Below are positions 50,515 through 63,307 of a stretch of DNA of 64,000 nucleotides, piece by piece. Source of the stretch: Phoronis australis. Its lineage: Eukaryota; Animalia; Phoronida. Made by a program: the position numbers and the translations under genes. The stretch's first letter is position 1. Each line of letters begins with the position of its first letter. The DNA lies in contig NMRA01000238.1 in the NCBI GenBank assembly GCA_002633005.1, positions 186,001 through 250,000 on the forward strand, given 5' to 3'. Below the pieces are notes generated by a model. That model ran no database searches and was not told where the DNA came from. It saw only the letters and a list, made by a program, of their open reading frames with translations.

Positions 50515-53500
50515 CTGAAAAAGGCCGCTGTCTTTGTTTAACTGACCATTACACTGACAACTTGACAAGCAGCGGGAGTTGAACACTACTCGCGAACATA
50601 AGACAGCGTGCGACCTACGGAGGTCTACGGACCCCTCTCCATTTCATATGGCTATGAGCTTTCGTTGGATCATAAATTTTCTAAAGCGCCATGATTCGCC
50701 AATAAATGACTACTAATTGATACCAGGGGTGCAACAACGTCGGGTATCAGGGTTACATCATTATTTTTTACAGGTTTGGTGACGCCACGCAAACAACAAT
50801 TCTAATTCAGCAATACAAAGCAAAACTTTACAAGAGCAACGTAAAAGTTGAAATGCGCCCGCGACTGCACCACAAACGGTATGCTTCTGAACTGTAGAGA
50901 TGTTAAATAGTATATCTAAAATAACATACTATGTCCAAAAACAGGAACGCGTGTTAGAGTCCTTTTTATTAAAATCAAAACTTCATCAAAGCTTATCTCA
51001 CTATGGAACGAAGCGGTGGTTGGATTGGTCTGAAACTCGTCGTCGTCAGTTGTCAGCTTCATAGGAACACATCTGTCAAATCTCATCAAGACGTTGCTAG
51101 GGGTTTCATAGATACAGCACCACACGCCACACGCCAGACGTCCAGGCATAAGTCAGTGGAGGCAGTATGCACCCACATATATTTTTGTGGGCGCATTAAC
51201 AGTGTTGGTAGCTTTACGTTTTAACTTACCACTAAATCAAAGTAAAAATTTCAACAAATGAATAAAGAGTGACACAAAAAGGACACATGGCTAGGTAGGC
51301 CTAAACAAATTCGTCTATTGGTTGTGTCGGACGCGGGGTACATTAAAATTGCCCTACACCGTCAAATACCTCTCTGGCACGTTTCAATGGAATCCTTCAA
51401 TTGGTTCTCTAGATATTACCCGGAAACTCCTTCAAATATACTTAAGCAATACCAGAATGATCTTTATGGGGTACTGTAGCAATATAATCCACCTGGAATC
51501 GATTGGTGCCGGTGCATTGCCGTCGCATACTATTCATCAAGTTATATGGACATCCGTTGATCGGTTTCCTGCCTATCGCTCGGAAACGCTTTTCCCAAAA
51601 GTACTGGAAGCCCCTTTGTCGGTGGAGACCTAAGTTGGAACTAAAAGGTGCTGCAGTAATCCAATCCACCCCCAAATTGACTGGTGCCAGCAATTCGCCG
51701 TCATGTACCTGTCTTAAATTGCATTGTTCTCTAGTCTATATTAGATTTATTATAAAATAATTGATGCTTTGTTCCTCAGAATTTTTCGTCTCTCATTACA
51801 TTGACATGTTTTATACTTGTTTAATGTACATGTACAGTCCAGTCATCGTCTAATAGTTTGGTTTGCACGGTCAAGGGATTGTGGTTTCTCAAGCTTGCTG
51901 TTGGTCAGATCAAGAATAGCGGGCGGAATGACTGGAACACCACATTCCAATGGCCAGGCCGTCAACAGTATCCTGTTCTTCCCGGGGCAAGTGCTTCATG
52001 GGGCCATGCAATAAGACGACCCTGACACGAGGGATACTTACTGTACAAATCTGACTGTTGGATGAACATTTCTGTTTACTTGCTGTCGTAGAGTTTGGAG
52101 ACAGGGCGCAATTATCGTCGTCGGAACAGCTATAGCAGTCGAGAAGGTTGGCGGCTAGAAAAAAGTCTTGCAATGAGAAAATAGTGTATATAACACAAAT
52201 GTTATTGTTGTGTTCGTAACATAACATTAACATTACGAAATGTTCACACTACTAAATTATCTGATAAAGCAAACTTACAGTCAATTTTGGTCTCACAATT
52301 GCTGCCGGGATCGTAGTCACCTGTACAAGCGCATTTACCGGATTGGTCACACGACTGAAATAAACAAAACAAATTCTCTTTAGCTCTTTCCGCTTTTAGC
52401 CATTCACCAATTTTTATACCCCTACATCAGTAATCGGATCGGTTCAAAACTCGACATATATGGGAGCATGCAATTGTCACAACCCAAAGGTTTTTATTAC
52501 TACAGGTGTGTTTGCATAAAAAAGCTCAAAAGAGTTACTTTTTCAAGAAAGATTCCTAAACATAGTTCACATTCTTCTAACCCATTTCCTAAATGGATGT
52601 AAATAATGCAGATGTGTACTCCCTGTAAATAGGAATGTGTGAACGTTTTGTAATTTCATATTGTATATTTTGTTTGATCACATGATGTTGTATACTTGGT
52701 TTCATGACCTGTATTTTTTCATTTCAGGTGATGTTCTTTGTAATTTGCATCTCTACACACTATGGAAGGCCATTACACACAGCTGTGAACATTTTTTTTC
52801 ACTGTTGAAACCTGACCACAAAGGTGTCATCATATTTCAAATCTTTAGAAAATTAGATAAGCTTTCACAAGCACCATCGTTGCTCTTTAATGCTCAGTAA
52901 AACCCTTACCCCGTGCCCGGCACACTCTTTTCCATTTACAATAGCGCACGTAGGAACTGTGAACGCCACACACTGTTGATTCTTACACCACTTTCCTTCA
53001 GCACATTTGGTCCCGTCCTTCACCATACCTGCCTGTTTAATGTCCTTTCCAAAATCAGCTGTCCCAGCTCTGAGAAAGGCAAATGCCTCTAAGTTTACAT
53101 TGTAGCTAGTCCAAAATGAATGCGCGTGATAATTCCCAACTTCCACCGTGAACACATGTTATTACGAGGTTTCCCTTTGATGACCAAAGGTTTGTTTTAC
53201 AAAACAATTGTACTATCTTACAAAACATGGTCACCCATCTGGTTTTCAAGGCACAGCTCTAAACTATGTCTCGTATCTGCAATAAACTTTTCAATTCTGA
53301 AGGCCAGTATAACATGCCGTTACTTGTTGAACTTCACATGTGCTGTATTTGGCAAGACTTGTCTGCATATGGGGATGCTTTGTTGTTCTCTACATGTATA
53401 TATGTTCTAAGACTAAGCTCCTATGCCTGGCACGATGTTCTACTCTACTTGTGACTTGTACTCGAGATGTGAAAACGTTGTGAGACTCAGTTGCATAGAG

Positions 53501-53780
53501 GACTGCTGTACTTCGCAGGTACATTTCCCTCATCAAGAAAAACGGTGAGTATGTAGAACTTACTTGCAATTGTATTCTTTTGGCACCCCGTTGATAGTCT
53601 CGGTGTAAACGAGTAAGGTTCCTGTACTCGATGTACCGATGACAGGCACAACGACACCAGGATCGCTGTGTCCACACTGAAGCTTACCGCACTTAACGTT
53701 TCTGGAATAAACCAGGATGTAGAAAAATCCTCCTGTTCTTTTAAAGACTGTCTGATGTCAATAACATCATATAACATAAC

Positions 53781-53820
<40 letters not shown>

Positions 53821-56800
53821 ACATACACACACNCACACACACACACACACACACACACCCACACACACACTTGTATAAAATTTCTGGAATGTTTCTGAAT
53901 GGAGACATAGGTCATAGACATTTCCAACACGTTTGTAATGTTAGCCTCAAAAGGTTCGTACATGCTGTGTTATCCCGTAGTTTTGACAATTTATAACAAG
54001 TTTGTAAACGCCCTCTATAGGTAGAACAGAAACAGAAGTAGACGAGAGTACGCTCATTGTCAATAGAGGCAGTAAGTTGTTCTAATGTACTACTGGTCAG
54101 CGTAGAATTAACTTGTCAATAAAAATGTCACCAGAGTAATTGTTTTTATCTGCATTTAATAAATATAGATTATTACATGACGAAGTCGTTATCCCCCGTT
54201 ATGCAGAGCCCGAGTGGATTTTGGAGAATTATCGGCCGAGGGGCGTTAGCCCCGAGGGTGATAATTCTACAAAATCCACGAGGGCTCTAGATAAGGGGGA
54301 TAACGACTGAGAACATGTAATAATCTATTTATACCACATACTGAACGAGAAACATTGCATCCTTTCTCGACTCGCCTCGGCTTTGTAACTACTCTCTATG
54401 TCAGAGGCCCGGGGTCGGAGGTCGTGACCGTTTAAGAAAAGCCGAGCTATTTTTGTCAAATAATGCTTTTACTCAAAGCATATTGAAAATTTAAACAAAA
54501 TAGAAATAAAGTGAATCTATAAATTAAGGTTTAGCAACTATTATAGCTTACAACACATTTTTTCACGCTAAGCTTCGACCGGGAAAATATCGTCTGCTAA
54601 AGTAGGTTACCACTAGTAACTGACTATGATGCTCAAGTCAAAGGATCCCGACGACACGATACCCGCATTCAAATTTGAGATCGGTGATTTACAAGTGAGA
54701 GAACACGAGAGAAAAATTTCACTGAATTAAAATATCGTTTTTATGGAAATTATGCGTCTTATTTTTCACAGCGTATAAATGTCTGTGCAATGCCCTTTGC
54801 TGAACATGCGATTGTTGCGCGTGCTCATTCAAGTATTCTATTTTCACGTTCGACGACGTCAGCCGCTCAGTGGTGTAGTGGTAAAGTCGGCGACTCGAAA
54901 TTTTGAGGCCTAGGTTCGAATCCGGCTTCGGTTTCCTGCCAAATTGTTATCTCACTAGTGAGATAACTTTATGGGTTATTACACGGTTTTATCTGCCATT
55001 CGAGGCTAATATTGTGGTATAAATGTTGGTACAATGCCCTTTGCTGAACATGCGATTGTTGCGCGTGCTCATTTAAGTATTCTATTTTCACTTTCGATGG
55101 CGTCAGCCGCTTAGTGGTGTAGTGGTAAAGTCGGCGACTAGAAACTCTTGAGGCCCGGGTTCGAAACCCGCCTCGATTTACCGCCAAAATGTTATCTCAC
55201 TAGTGAGATAACTAAATGGGTTATTACACGGTTGTATCTGCCATTCGACGCTAATATTGTGGTCGCAAGTTATACTATGATTTTTGATCATGCGCACTTA
55301 CCCGACAGAGCACTTCACGTATGCGCCGGATGATAGTTGTCCACAATGACCATATTCGTCTCCTATCTTGTTGACTTGTTCAAAGCAATAGTCATCGGCA
55401 TTAGTAGCATCTGAAAAATAACGATTATAAGCTATTAATAATCTGATACAACGAATGATTCCACATATAATTAAATTAGAAGCACAAAATGCTAATAACA
55501 AGCCAGTGTTTCATTTTTAAATCAACTCCAACACACAAAAACGCTCCGACAGCATTTTTGTAGAGCGGGAAAGCGTCCGACAGCGTTTTTTTATTTTTGT
55601 TTAAGTCGAACGGGAAATTGTGGGTGCCAAAAAAACCCATAGAAAGCCCAGTTTTTTCTTTTTAGTCGACGGAAAAGTTGACCTATGTCGCTTGGGAAAT
55701 TAGAATAGTTTACGATAATATGTCAATCAAGTTCGCCGTATGTCAAAAAGCGGGACATTTTGGTGGAATTCAAAAAGTGCGACAGTCAGTCAAGGACCGT
55801 CCCGGATTACACGGCAATGTTTTGGAAATCAGGCACATTTTCATGTCTCTCATTGGTGTCGGGAAGGCGAAGAATATTCACATCACGCACAAGGGTATTT
55901 GTCCAGTTTATAAAACTTTCTCACGCCGGAGTTGCAACCCAGAGCAGAGCAGTAATACTTTATTAGCGTTGCTGGGACGAATAGAGTAATGCAACCGAGA
56001 AAAGCATATAAATAATCAGACAACAAGTAACATGTGAAACTCCAATGGCACAAAAACGAGGCAGCAAATGTGCCTGACGGATGTTTACGGCATTGTTACA
56101 GCGAGATTCGAGTGTAATCCGTGACGGCCCTGCAGATGCAACGTACGCTATCAGTAACACGAAATATTGGATCGGATTCTTTCACGGGTACAGGTAAATA
56201 CTACAGATAACATCATTGCACAGAAATCCAATTAAAAAGTATATGGGTAACAGGTAAACATTGCACATACGAATTACTGTAGAATTCCATGATAGCAAAT
56301 AGCAGCATATATTAAAGAAAACAACAACGGTTTTAAGACTTGACATGTTTCGGTGTCATTTATTCAACACAATATTCAGAAGTGAGAATACAGTGGCCAC
56401 CTAGCTAGGCCCAGCAACAAGTAATGAAGAGCAGATACCGTCAGTTACAGGGAGTGACAATGAACTGGACCAACAATGACAACCTGTGGTGTGTCAGTTG
56501 CCTATTGAGATTGGGCTTGCACCAACTGATGTGTAAAGCCTCACGAATTTTAAGCTCCTTTGTTGTTACTGCCTGGTCTATTACTGCAAAGTCATTGAAA
56601 GAGCACTGCTGATAACAATGACTGGAGCTTTGTAGGTGAAGATTTACATGTGAATTTCTGTCAGAATTTAGATCTTCCAATCATTGTTATCAGCAGTGCT
56701 CTTTCTATGACTTTGCAGTAATAGACCAGGCAGTAACAACAAAGGAGCTTTAAATTCGTACGGGCCAGAAACTACTTCCCGTATTTGAATGATGACGTCA

Positions 56801-59800
56801 TTCCAATACGGGCCAGATTCCAATACGGGTCGGAGCAAGACTTTACACATCAGTTGGTGCAAGCCCAATCTCAATAGGCAACTGACACACATCAGGTTGT
56901 CATTGTTGGTCTAGTTCATTGTCACTCCTTGTAACTGACTGTTTCTGTGCTTCATTACTTGTTGCTGGGCCTAGCTAGGTGGCCGCTGTATTCTCACTTC
57001 TGAAGATGGTGTTGCCGAATAAATGACACCGAAACATGTCAAGTCTTAAAACCGTTGTTGTTTTCTTTAATAATTACTGTAGAAACGATATAAAACAATA
57101 ATTATATTTGCATATACATACACTCACACACAAACGCACACGCACGCACACACATACACACACCAAACACGCACGTGCACGCACGCACGCATTTAGCTGC
57201 GCAAATAAATACAGGAGTAGTTACGTAAAAACACCTGTTCGTAGAGTCTAAAGTTTTCAATAATTACAGAACAAACACTCAGAAACCAAATGTCAATTCT
57301 TAAAGTAAAACACTGTAACCCCATCAGTTGTGTAGTTTGTTAGGTTGTCGAAAAAGTCTCTATGAATGAAACTGAAAAGATATCAGAGGCCACATTATTC
57401 CTGGCATCCAGGGGCACAGGGGGTTTAAAGAATATAACCAGTGTAATTGTCGCGTTTGTTGACTAATTATGCCGAGAAATCCGTGGCACACTCGATCGAA
57501 ACTCAATTGAGACAACCGGCAATTCACAGTAAAAACTCTCGCGTGTAATCTTGGGGTCGCAAGCGGGTCACGTGCGGGAGTTAGCATTCCATTTCAAGAA
57601 CTCTATTAAAATTTGGTCACGTCAGACGCCATGTAGCTACTGATAGTGAAATCAAGAGCGCTCGCTCTGTAAAACCTGTTCAAGAAGAGAGCGCTTGCGG
57701 CGCTCCACGCCTTGGACAGGCTTCGGTACTGGCACAACAGCTACACTTCCAATGTTAAACGTAAGATTACTCACTGGCGCCAAACATGTATTTGCATTGC
57801 GACAGCCTGGTTTTGCAAGTTCCAGTGACGCAGTAAGCCTGAAACGGAGCAACGTTCTTTAATCATTTTGAAAATATATAGCTCTAAATATATTATGGCT
57901 TTAAACGGAGTGGATATGATTGGTACCAGTCTAAATCAAATTGTTACTTCCTTCCTAATTAGGGCCTCGGAAATCACCATGAAACTTGTCACTTCAACCA
58001 AAGAGAGTGGCTTCTAGCCCTTACATGCCATACAAACAACTGGGTAGCACCAGAAAGTCAATTCAGCTATTAAATTTAGCCAATCAAGATGCGAGAAAAT
58101 GTAAATGCTACGATGGTCCACCTTAGTTATTGCCCACAAACATTCGTTGCTAACGAAAGTGAAAAGGTGGTTTTTCGATGAGCTTGGAACTCTAACACTG
58201 CAGATTAACAATTGGGCAACACGAAAAAGAAAAAAGTGCCACAGAGATTTAAAAATCATGTTGCATATCCCACGGCAAATTGAAAAATGGCCTGGAAACA
58301 TACGTCATTTGCCAAACTGAAATTGAAATAAGTTCAACCCCTAACGTTTCACAATACATATTTCCTTTTTTACTGGTGTATGATGTGAGTTAGGCTACCA
58401 ATCAAATACGTGGTATTTTGGTGGCAGCACATGTGACTTCCGGAAACGCAACTCTCCTACAAGACGCGTGTATTCATATTCTCGTGCATCAGACCATCAT
58501 CAGTGCATCAGTGGCCTCTAACAAAACTTCATGGTGTCTAATGTCGTGAAAACATTTTTTTTCTATTCGTCATTAGAGTTTGGAGTAGATTATAAGAGCT
58601 GGCAGCCCTTTGTGTCGTCGAATTTAAAATGTAGTGCAATAACGAGCAATCAAGACAGAGATATTAATTGGATCTGATATCTGAATGAGGCTCAGGTGAT
58701 ACGAATGGATTCAGTAATCTGTGAATGGGTTCGATTATGGGAAATCATAGAAATTCCGTTAGGTGTATAAAAATAATTGCAGGTGGTCTGGTACACGTTG
58801 TACCAGACGTGTGCAGGGTGCTCATGTGGCCCTATTTCACTGATCACCTAGAGCCATTTTTAACATATAGGTAAAACTGAGCTGATGATCTAGAGACCTG
58901 ACTCAGGGGTCTAGCAGTGGGACTCGAACCCACGACCTGGAGAAAAAGGAAGCAACACTTATCCCACTAGGCCACACTGCCTCCTTTGCCTTTATGTGTA
59001 ACTGGAACATTTTAAATTAACATTTTTTCCAGCAGGGCCCTTTGTCTTTGTGTGGCTCCTTGTCGGTAGCAGATTCGTGAAGTATTATCGGGAACAAATA
59101 GAAAACTTGTGTTGCTGTCGTGCGTATGCAGAGAACTGCGCTTGTGGGACTTCATATGGTAACTATGGCGCACCAGGCTATGTGCCCTAACTATATTTGT
59201 CGGATCTATCTATTGGCATTATTTCTGAAGCTTTTGATATTAGCTTTTAACATCTCATACTCTGAATGATCTTTATGATAAGGAGAACTATTTGTTATGG
59301 TGTTACAGAAATTCGAAACAAATTTTCAGTGGTTGAGTAAACTAAACATAACTAATGTAGTATAGATAGCAAACAAGAAGAAAATGCCTGTTCAACAGGC
59401 AAATGAGCACATGTTATCCTGCCATAAAACTCGACTTATATCAAGGCTTGGTAAGTTTAAGACATTACTTAGAGATGATTCAAACTACGTCCATGGAATG
59501 AATAAACGTTTCCAATATTCATAGTGAAAGATTCTCTTTAAAATAACTATAATAATTAACGAGCTTATAACAGTATTCTAGTTCTGTTACTATTACTAGA
59601 CTTTGTATATGAACCAGTTAAACTTACAGAGTTATTACCGCACGCTGCTCCATTGGGCTTGTACTTATCCTCGGGACACTGTAAATGGACAAAATTTCTG
59701 TGTTACACAAGGAAGGTCTTTTAAGCTCTAAAAAACCAACAGGTTAAAGGCCAAATATTCCATATTCTGGTGTCAAAAACATTTTTTCACAGGTGTAATG

Positions 59801-62800
59801 GTTCTTCCGAAGCATCGTCTTTGTCCTGAGTTGCAACTGGTCACAATGAATTTCCAATAAACCGCCGGAAATTCCACTGACAGTTATCAAGAGCTTCTAT
59901 GGCTGAAACTAACTCGTCGTGACAAGCAACGTGATGATTTAGGTCTTTGAGGTGATGTCGAACGTAAACACGTTTGTAACCTTTAGTGATTAACAGGAAA
60001 GTGTCGATGTTGCAGCAGTGGCCTAAGTGAGAAGTTCGTTTATCTCATAGATGGCGCGGCATCATTACAGGTTTTATACAATGTAAACGTCGTTGCGTAC
60101 AAATTAACAGTCAATAATGCAGCGATAGACACCAATAGCTCATCACTTACTGTTTGGACATGCGTCCCCGAAGCAATGAAACCGTCAACATCGAACCAGC
60201 AACAAATAGGCACGCACACAAATATAATCCGACACATTTTTCAGCACTTAGTAGATAGATGTGTTTGCACTACACTTACACTCCTGTGTGCCGTGCCTTG
60301 AAACTTTGTCATGGGAGTCACGAAAACCGGCTTCCCCTACCCAACATCATGGTTTTCAAGCGATCCCACTTGCAATGTAAAACTGAACAGTCGATTACTG
60401 TATGAAAGGGTTGGCGTATAAACGCAACTCACATGTCCAGTATCGGTCATAAGGACTACTCAGTTGAAAACGAAAACGGCCGTCAGTCGAAAGATGTTTG
60501 GGACTGGTCCGTTAATGACTTAAAAGTAATAGCTGGATAGAACAAATCAACAAGGCAAGTGGAGATATGTAAGAAGAACCATATATTTGCTATTCGATCT
60601 AAGTTTCATGAACCACTGAGACGAGTGAACAACCATAACATGTGGATTCAAATATTCATAATTTGTGTCACCAAAATTTCCCCTGAAGGGATGAGGGTAT
60701 AGTTGTGCCTATCGAATCCATATAAGTGTGGCTAATGCGGCGGGTGTGGAAAAATAACTTTGGTGCCGTGATCCGAATATACGAAGATTTGCGCACATTT
60801 TTGCAATGTAATTAAAAAAGAAGAAAATTAAACTAGTATTTCTTTTCAACACAACGAACTGAGAGTAGAACAAACAATGCTGTTTGCAAGAGTCTGCCTA
60901 AAAGTACGCACAGCGAAATAATATTTTGCGTTGACTGAGCATCTTTGATTTGGCGCGTCAATTTTTGCAACTATGGTAACGTCCACAGATTCATCAAGTC
61001 ACGTGAAAGAATCGGTCATAAAAATTACGACGTTTAGGATGCTTAGAACTAAACTTTCTAATAATGCGACAGGCAGCACACTGTCACATTGAAAATCAAG
61101 TGATTGTTACTAAAGATAGTTGGTTAAATTGCCACATTGTTTGAATTAAAATTTTTCAATTGTTTTCATGTCTTGTTGATAACCGAAATGCTGAAAATGT
61201 TAGAAAACAATCTCTGACACCCTCATGACGTTGGAGTTTTATGGGAACAGTTATACTGTACCTTCCAAAATTGCAATACACCTGTTGTCGCGAGGGCGGA
61301 TCCAGGATTTTGAGTTGGGGGCAGGGCACAGGAATAACCAGAATTTCGCCACATGCGCGCGTCCAGCCTAAAATGTAGGGATGCAGGGTTCTCTAATATT
61401 TGCGTTTAATTGCGGACCTTATTACTAAAAAAGAAAAAACGTTAAACGGGGTTTGCTCAAGGCCTATGCATTGTGCATTCGCCCCCCACCCCCGAACCCC
61501 CTGCGCGCATATGCTACTCAGCAATTCCCACCCCGAACTCCCAAATGGTATCTGGGAGAATATTAGGGGGGCATGGCCACTTTGGATATGACAATAAGTA
61601 ATCAAATCTCCTCTATTCTGGCAAACATTTTACAGGATTACCCACCGTGTTACTAAAACCAGTGCACATGTCATCTATGTCACACTCGGAGACAGCACTG
61701 CGGCACACACTACCACGTGCTTTCAGCTTGCAGCTAATGCAACAATCTCCTGCGGCGCACTCTGACGACGCTTTAAGCTTACATCCCTTAACTTCACAAC
61801 ATGGATCAGCAGTTGGACATTCCTGCAAAGGAAATGTATTTTGCATTTTTCCCAAATGACCATCGGATTAGAATTGAAACGAAATAACCAGGGGTCAAAG
61901 TTGATCGACAAAATCACCGCCCATGGTCCCACAAGGGCGCTCTTCAACAAAGGTGATGGGAGAAGCATCAGGAGGAGACAAAGCAAAGCATGGTTGCAAA
62001 ATATGACTATTTAATGATACTTCTAGTACCCACGTAACTTTAAGAAGCCAAATGTATCACAGAGGTTATTAGCCTGTTGCTTCAGTTACTTGCTGACATT
62101 GTTTATATAATATTCAGGTATTTTCCATCAGTTACCAACATGCCTTAGTCTGAAACCAGGGATCACTCTCTCCGAACTCGAACACAGTATTCGAAACTGG
62201 TTTTCATGTGTTCCGCTCTACTTTTGTGCGAACTCCGGATAAGTGTCGATTATTCTGTACCCGTGTTTATTACGGTTTACGCAGATGAGAAACACACTGT
62301 TTTGAGATCGAAATTTTTGTTTTGTTTGTTAGAAAATCACCATGTGTGGATATTTTTTTACCGACTTAAATTTTCAATGGCAAACAAGCTAGGCCGGTGC
62401 CGTTTCGTTACGAAGTGCGTTGTCGGTAGCCGTGGCAACATACGGGTGCTTTGCAACAGTTTCACAATTTATTTCTCTCATTAATTAGCCGAATGCCTGG
62501 GTCCTAATGTTGAAATTTGATGTACTTTGGCTGTGAGTCAGGGCACTTAGTGCTGGCTCCGGCCGGTGCGACAAGCAAGTTAGTACAAAATGAACTACAC
62601 AAAATAACTTACAATAATTTTGCACTCAGGTGGTATCAAAACATTTTCAAGGACAACATGGCTGGCATTCAGGAATAGTTCATGAACTAGAAGGAAGTCA
62701 GCTCACAGACATAAACGGGGATAGGCGATGAGCTTCTGATTTCGGCTGAGGTACAAATTTTGTTCAAATGGCTTGTAACTTGATAACAAAAAAAGGGAAC

Positions 62801-63233
62801 GTTACACCATGTTACATAATTTGATATATATTTTCAAGTGTTTGAACTCTTGAGGAGTATCACCTATTTTTCATCTCATATAAATTTCATGGGCCAGTGA
62901 GACTAGTAAACAACTTTCAAGAAATGTGTTGTCAGTCGCACCAGGGTGATGAGAGGAAACCATGTTGGACAGTGAAAAGCTGATACATTCTGAATTCGAC
63001 TTTTAGCAACACTAATGCTTGAAGTTCTAAATCTGATAAAGGAGACATCACTAGTTGTGATGTTAGAACTCACTGCCTCTGATCCGCAGTCACATTGTTC
63101 CCCGGCTTCCTTAATACCATTGCCACACACGGGGTCGGTGTAGGAAGAGGTTGGTTTATTGTTTAAGCACCCCATCTTGTTCTTTTTCATGTCATCGACA
63201 TTGCATTGGGTGAAAGACCTTGGATCAGAGGTA
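50239..63233 (-). CDS. ADAM-B: tandem paralogue, 3' portion (catalytic end-disintegrin-Cys-rich-EGF-LU-GPI signal); 5' exons beyond the window
   Basis: Exons 63074-63233, 61646-61822, 59628-59678, 57775-57838, 55302-55410, 53564-53701, 52910-53069, 52279-52354, 52042-52154, 50239-50514; all GT-AG; internal exon lengths and phases identical to ADAM-A. Confidence 0.9.
52042..52154 (-). CDS. ADAM-B exon: LU first half
   Basis: ANLLDCYSCSDDDNCALSPNSTTASKQKCSSNSQICT. Confidence 0.88.
52279..52354 (-). CDS. ADAM-B exon: EGF end
   Basis: SCDQSGKCACTGDYDPGSNCETKID. Confidence 0.88.
52910..53069 (-). CDS. ADAM-B exon: Cys-rich end/EGF start
   Basis: AGTADFGKDIKQAGMVKDGTKCAEGKWCKNQQC...ECAGHG. Confidence 0.9.
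53564..53701 (-). CDS. ADAM-B exon: Cys-rich domain
   Basis: NVKCGKLQCGHSDPGVVVPVIG...YNC. Confidence 0.9.
53785..53870. repeat. (CA)n microsatellite
   Basis: Directly visible. Confidence 0.95.
54165..55263. mobile_element. Non-autonomous element: 164-bp imperfect palindrome, subterminal inverted repeat and duplicated 244-bp tRNA-like end
   Basis: Palindrome 54165-54328; atttataccaca (~54327) vs tgtggtataaat (~55014); tandem units starting 54788 and 55032. Confidence 0.6.
55302..55410 (-). CDS. ADAM-B exon: Cys-rich domain
   Basis: ATNADDYCFEQVNKIGDEYGHCGQLSSGAYVKCSV. Confidence 0.9.
55793..56131. mobile_element. MITE with AGG.CCGTC.CGGATTAC TIRs
   Basis: aggaccgtcccggattacac...gtgtaatccgtgacggccct. 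Confidence 0.7.
56285..57071. mobile_element. Penelope-like element remnant in inverted arrangement, 13-bp flanking direct repeat
   Basis: GIY-YIG C-terminus FAVIDQAVTTKELKIREALHISWCKPNLNRQ; ~56311-56540 inverted at ~56841-57071; AATTACTGTAGAA at 56272-56284 and 57072-57084. Confidence 0.8.
56996..57044 (+). ncRNA. Minimal type I hammerhead ribozyme motif (Penelope-associated)
   Basis: ACTT-CTGAAGA-T-GGTGT-loop-ACACC-GAAAC-AT-GTC-AAGT: core, stem II, palindromic stem III and stem I present; predicted cleavage after C57040. Confidence 0.7.
57775..57838 (-). CDS. ADAM-B exon: Cys-rich domain
   Basis: AYCVTGTCKTRLSQCKYMFGA. Confidence 0.9.
58780..58983 (-). mobile_element. tRNA-derived SINE
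   Basis: Minus strand: A-box TGGCCTAGTGG, B-box GGTTCGAGTCC, followed by a non-tRNA body; no proper cloverleaf. Confidence 0.65.
59628..59678 (-). CDS. ADAM-B exon: disintegrin end
   Basis: CPEDKYKPNGAACGNNS. Confidence 0.9.
61352..61513. mobile_element. Short CATGCGCGC-family MITE inside a GGCGGATCC-ended repeat
   Basis: catgcgcgc...tgcgcgcatatg; flanking repeat resembles ~4088 and 9640-9762; no TSD seen. Confidence 0.5.
61646..61822 (-). CDS. ADAM-B exon: disintegrin domain
   Basis: ECPTADPCCEVKGCKLK...VCRSAVSECDIDDMCTG. Confidence 0.93.
63074..63233 (-). CDS. ADAM-B exon: catalytic end/disintegrin start
   Basis: SFTQCN...CLNNKP...PVCGNGIKEAGEQCDCG. Confidence 0.93.
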
Positions 63234-63307
63234 CTGAAATAAAGATAATATGAAGCACATTTATAAAGTTGCGACTTTCTAAATGTGTGAAAACATGTAA
63301 TGCATCT

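Noticed and set aside
54860-55180. Two tRNA genes
   Set aside because: A/B boxes are present but acceptor and anticodon stems do not pair; they are embedded in a repeat
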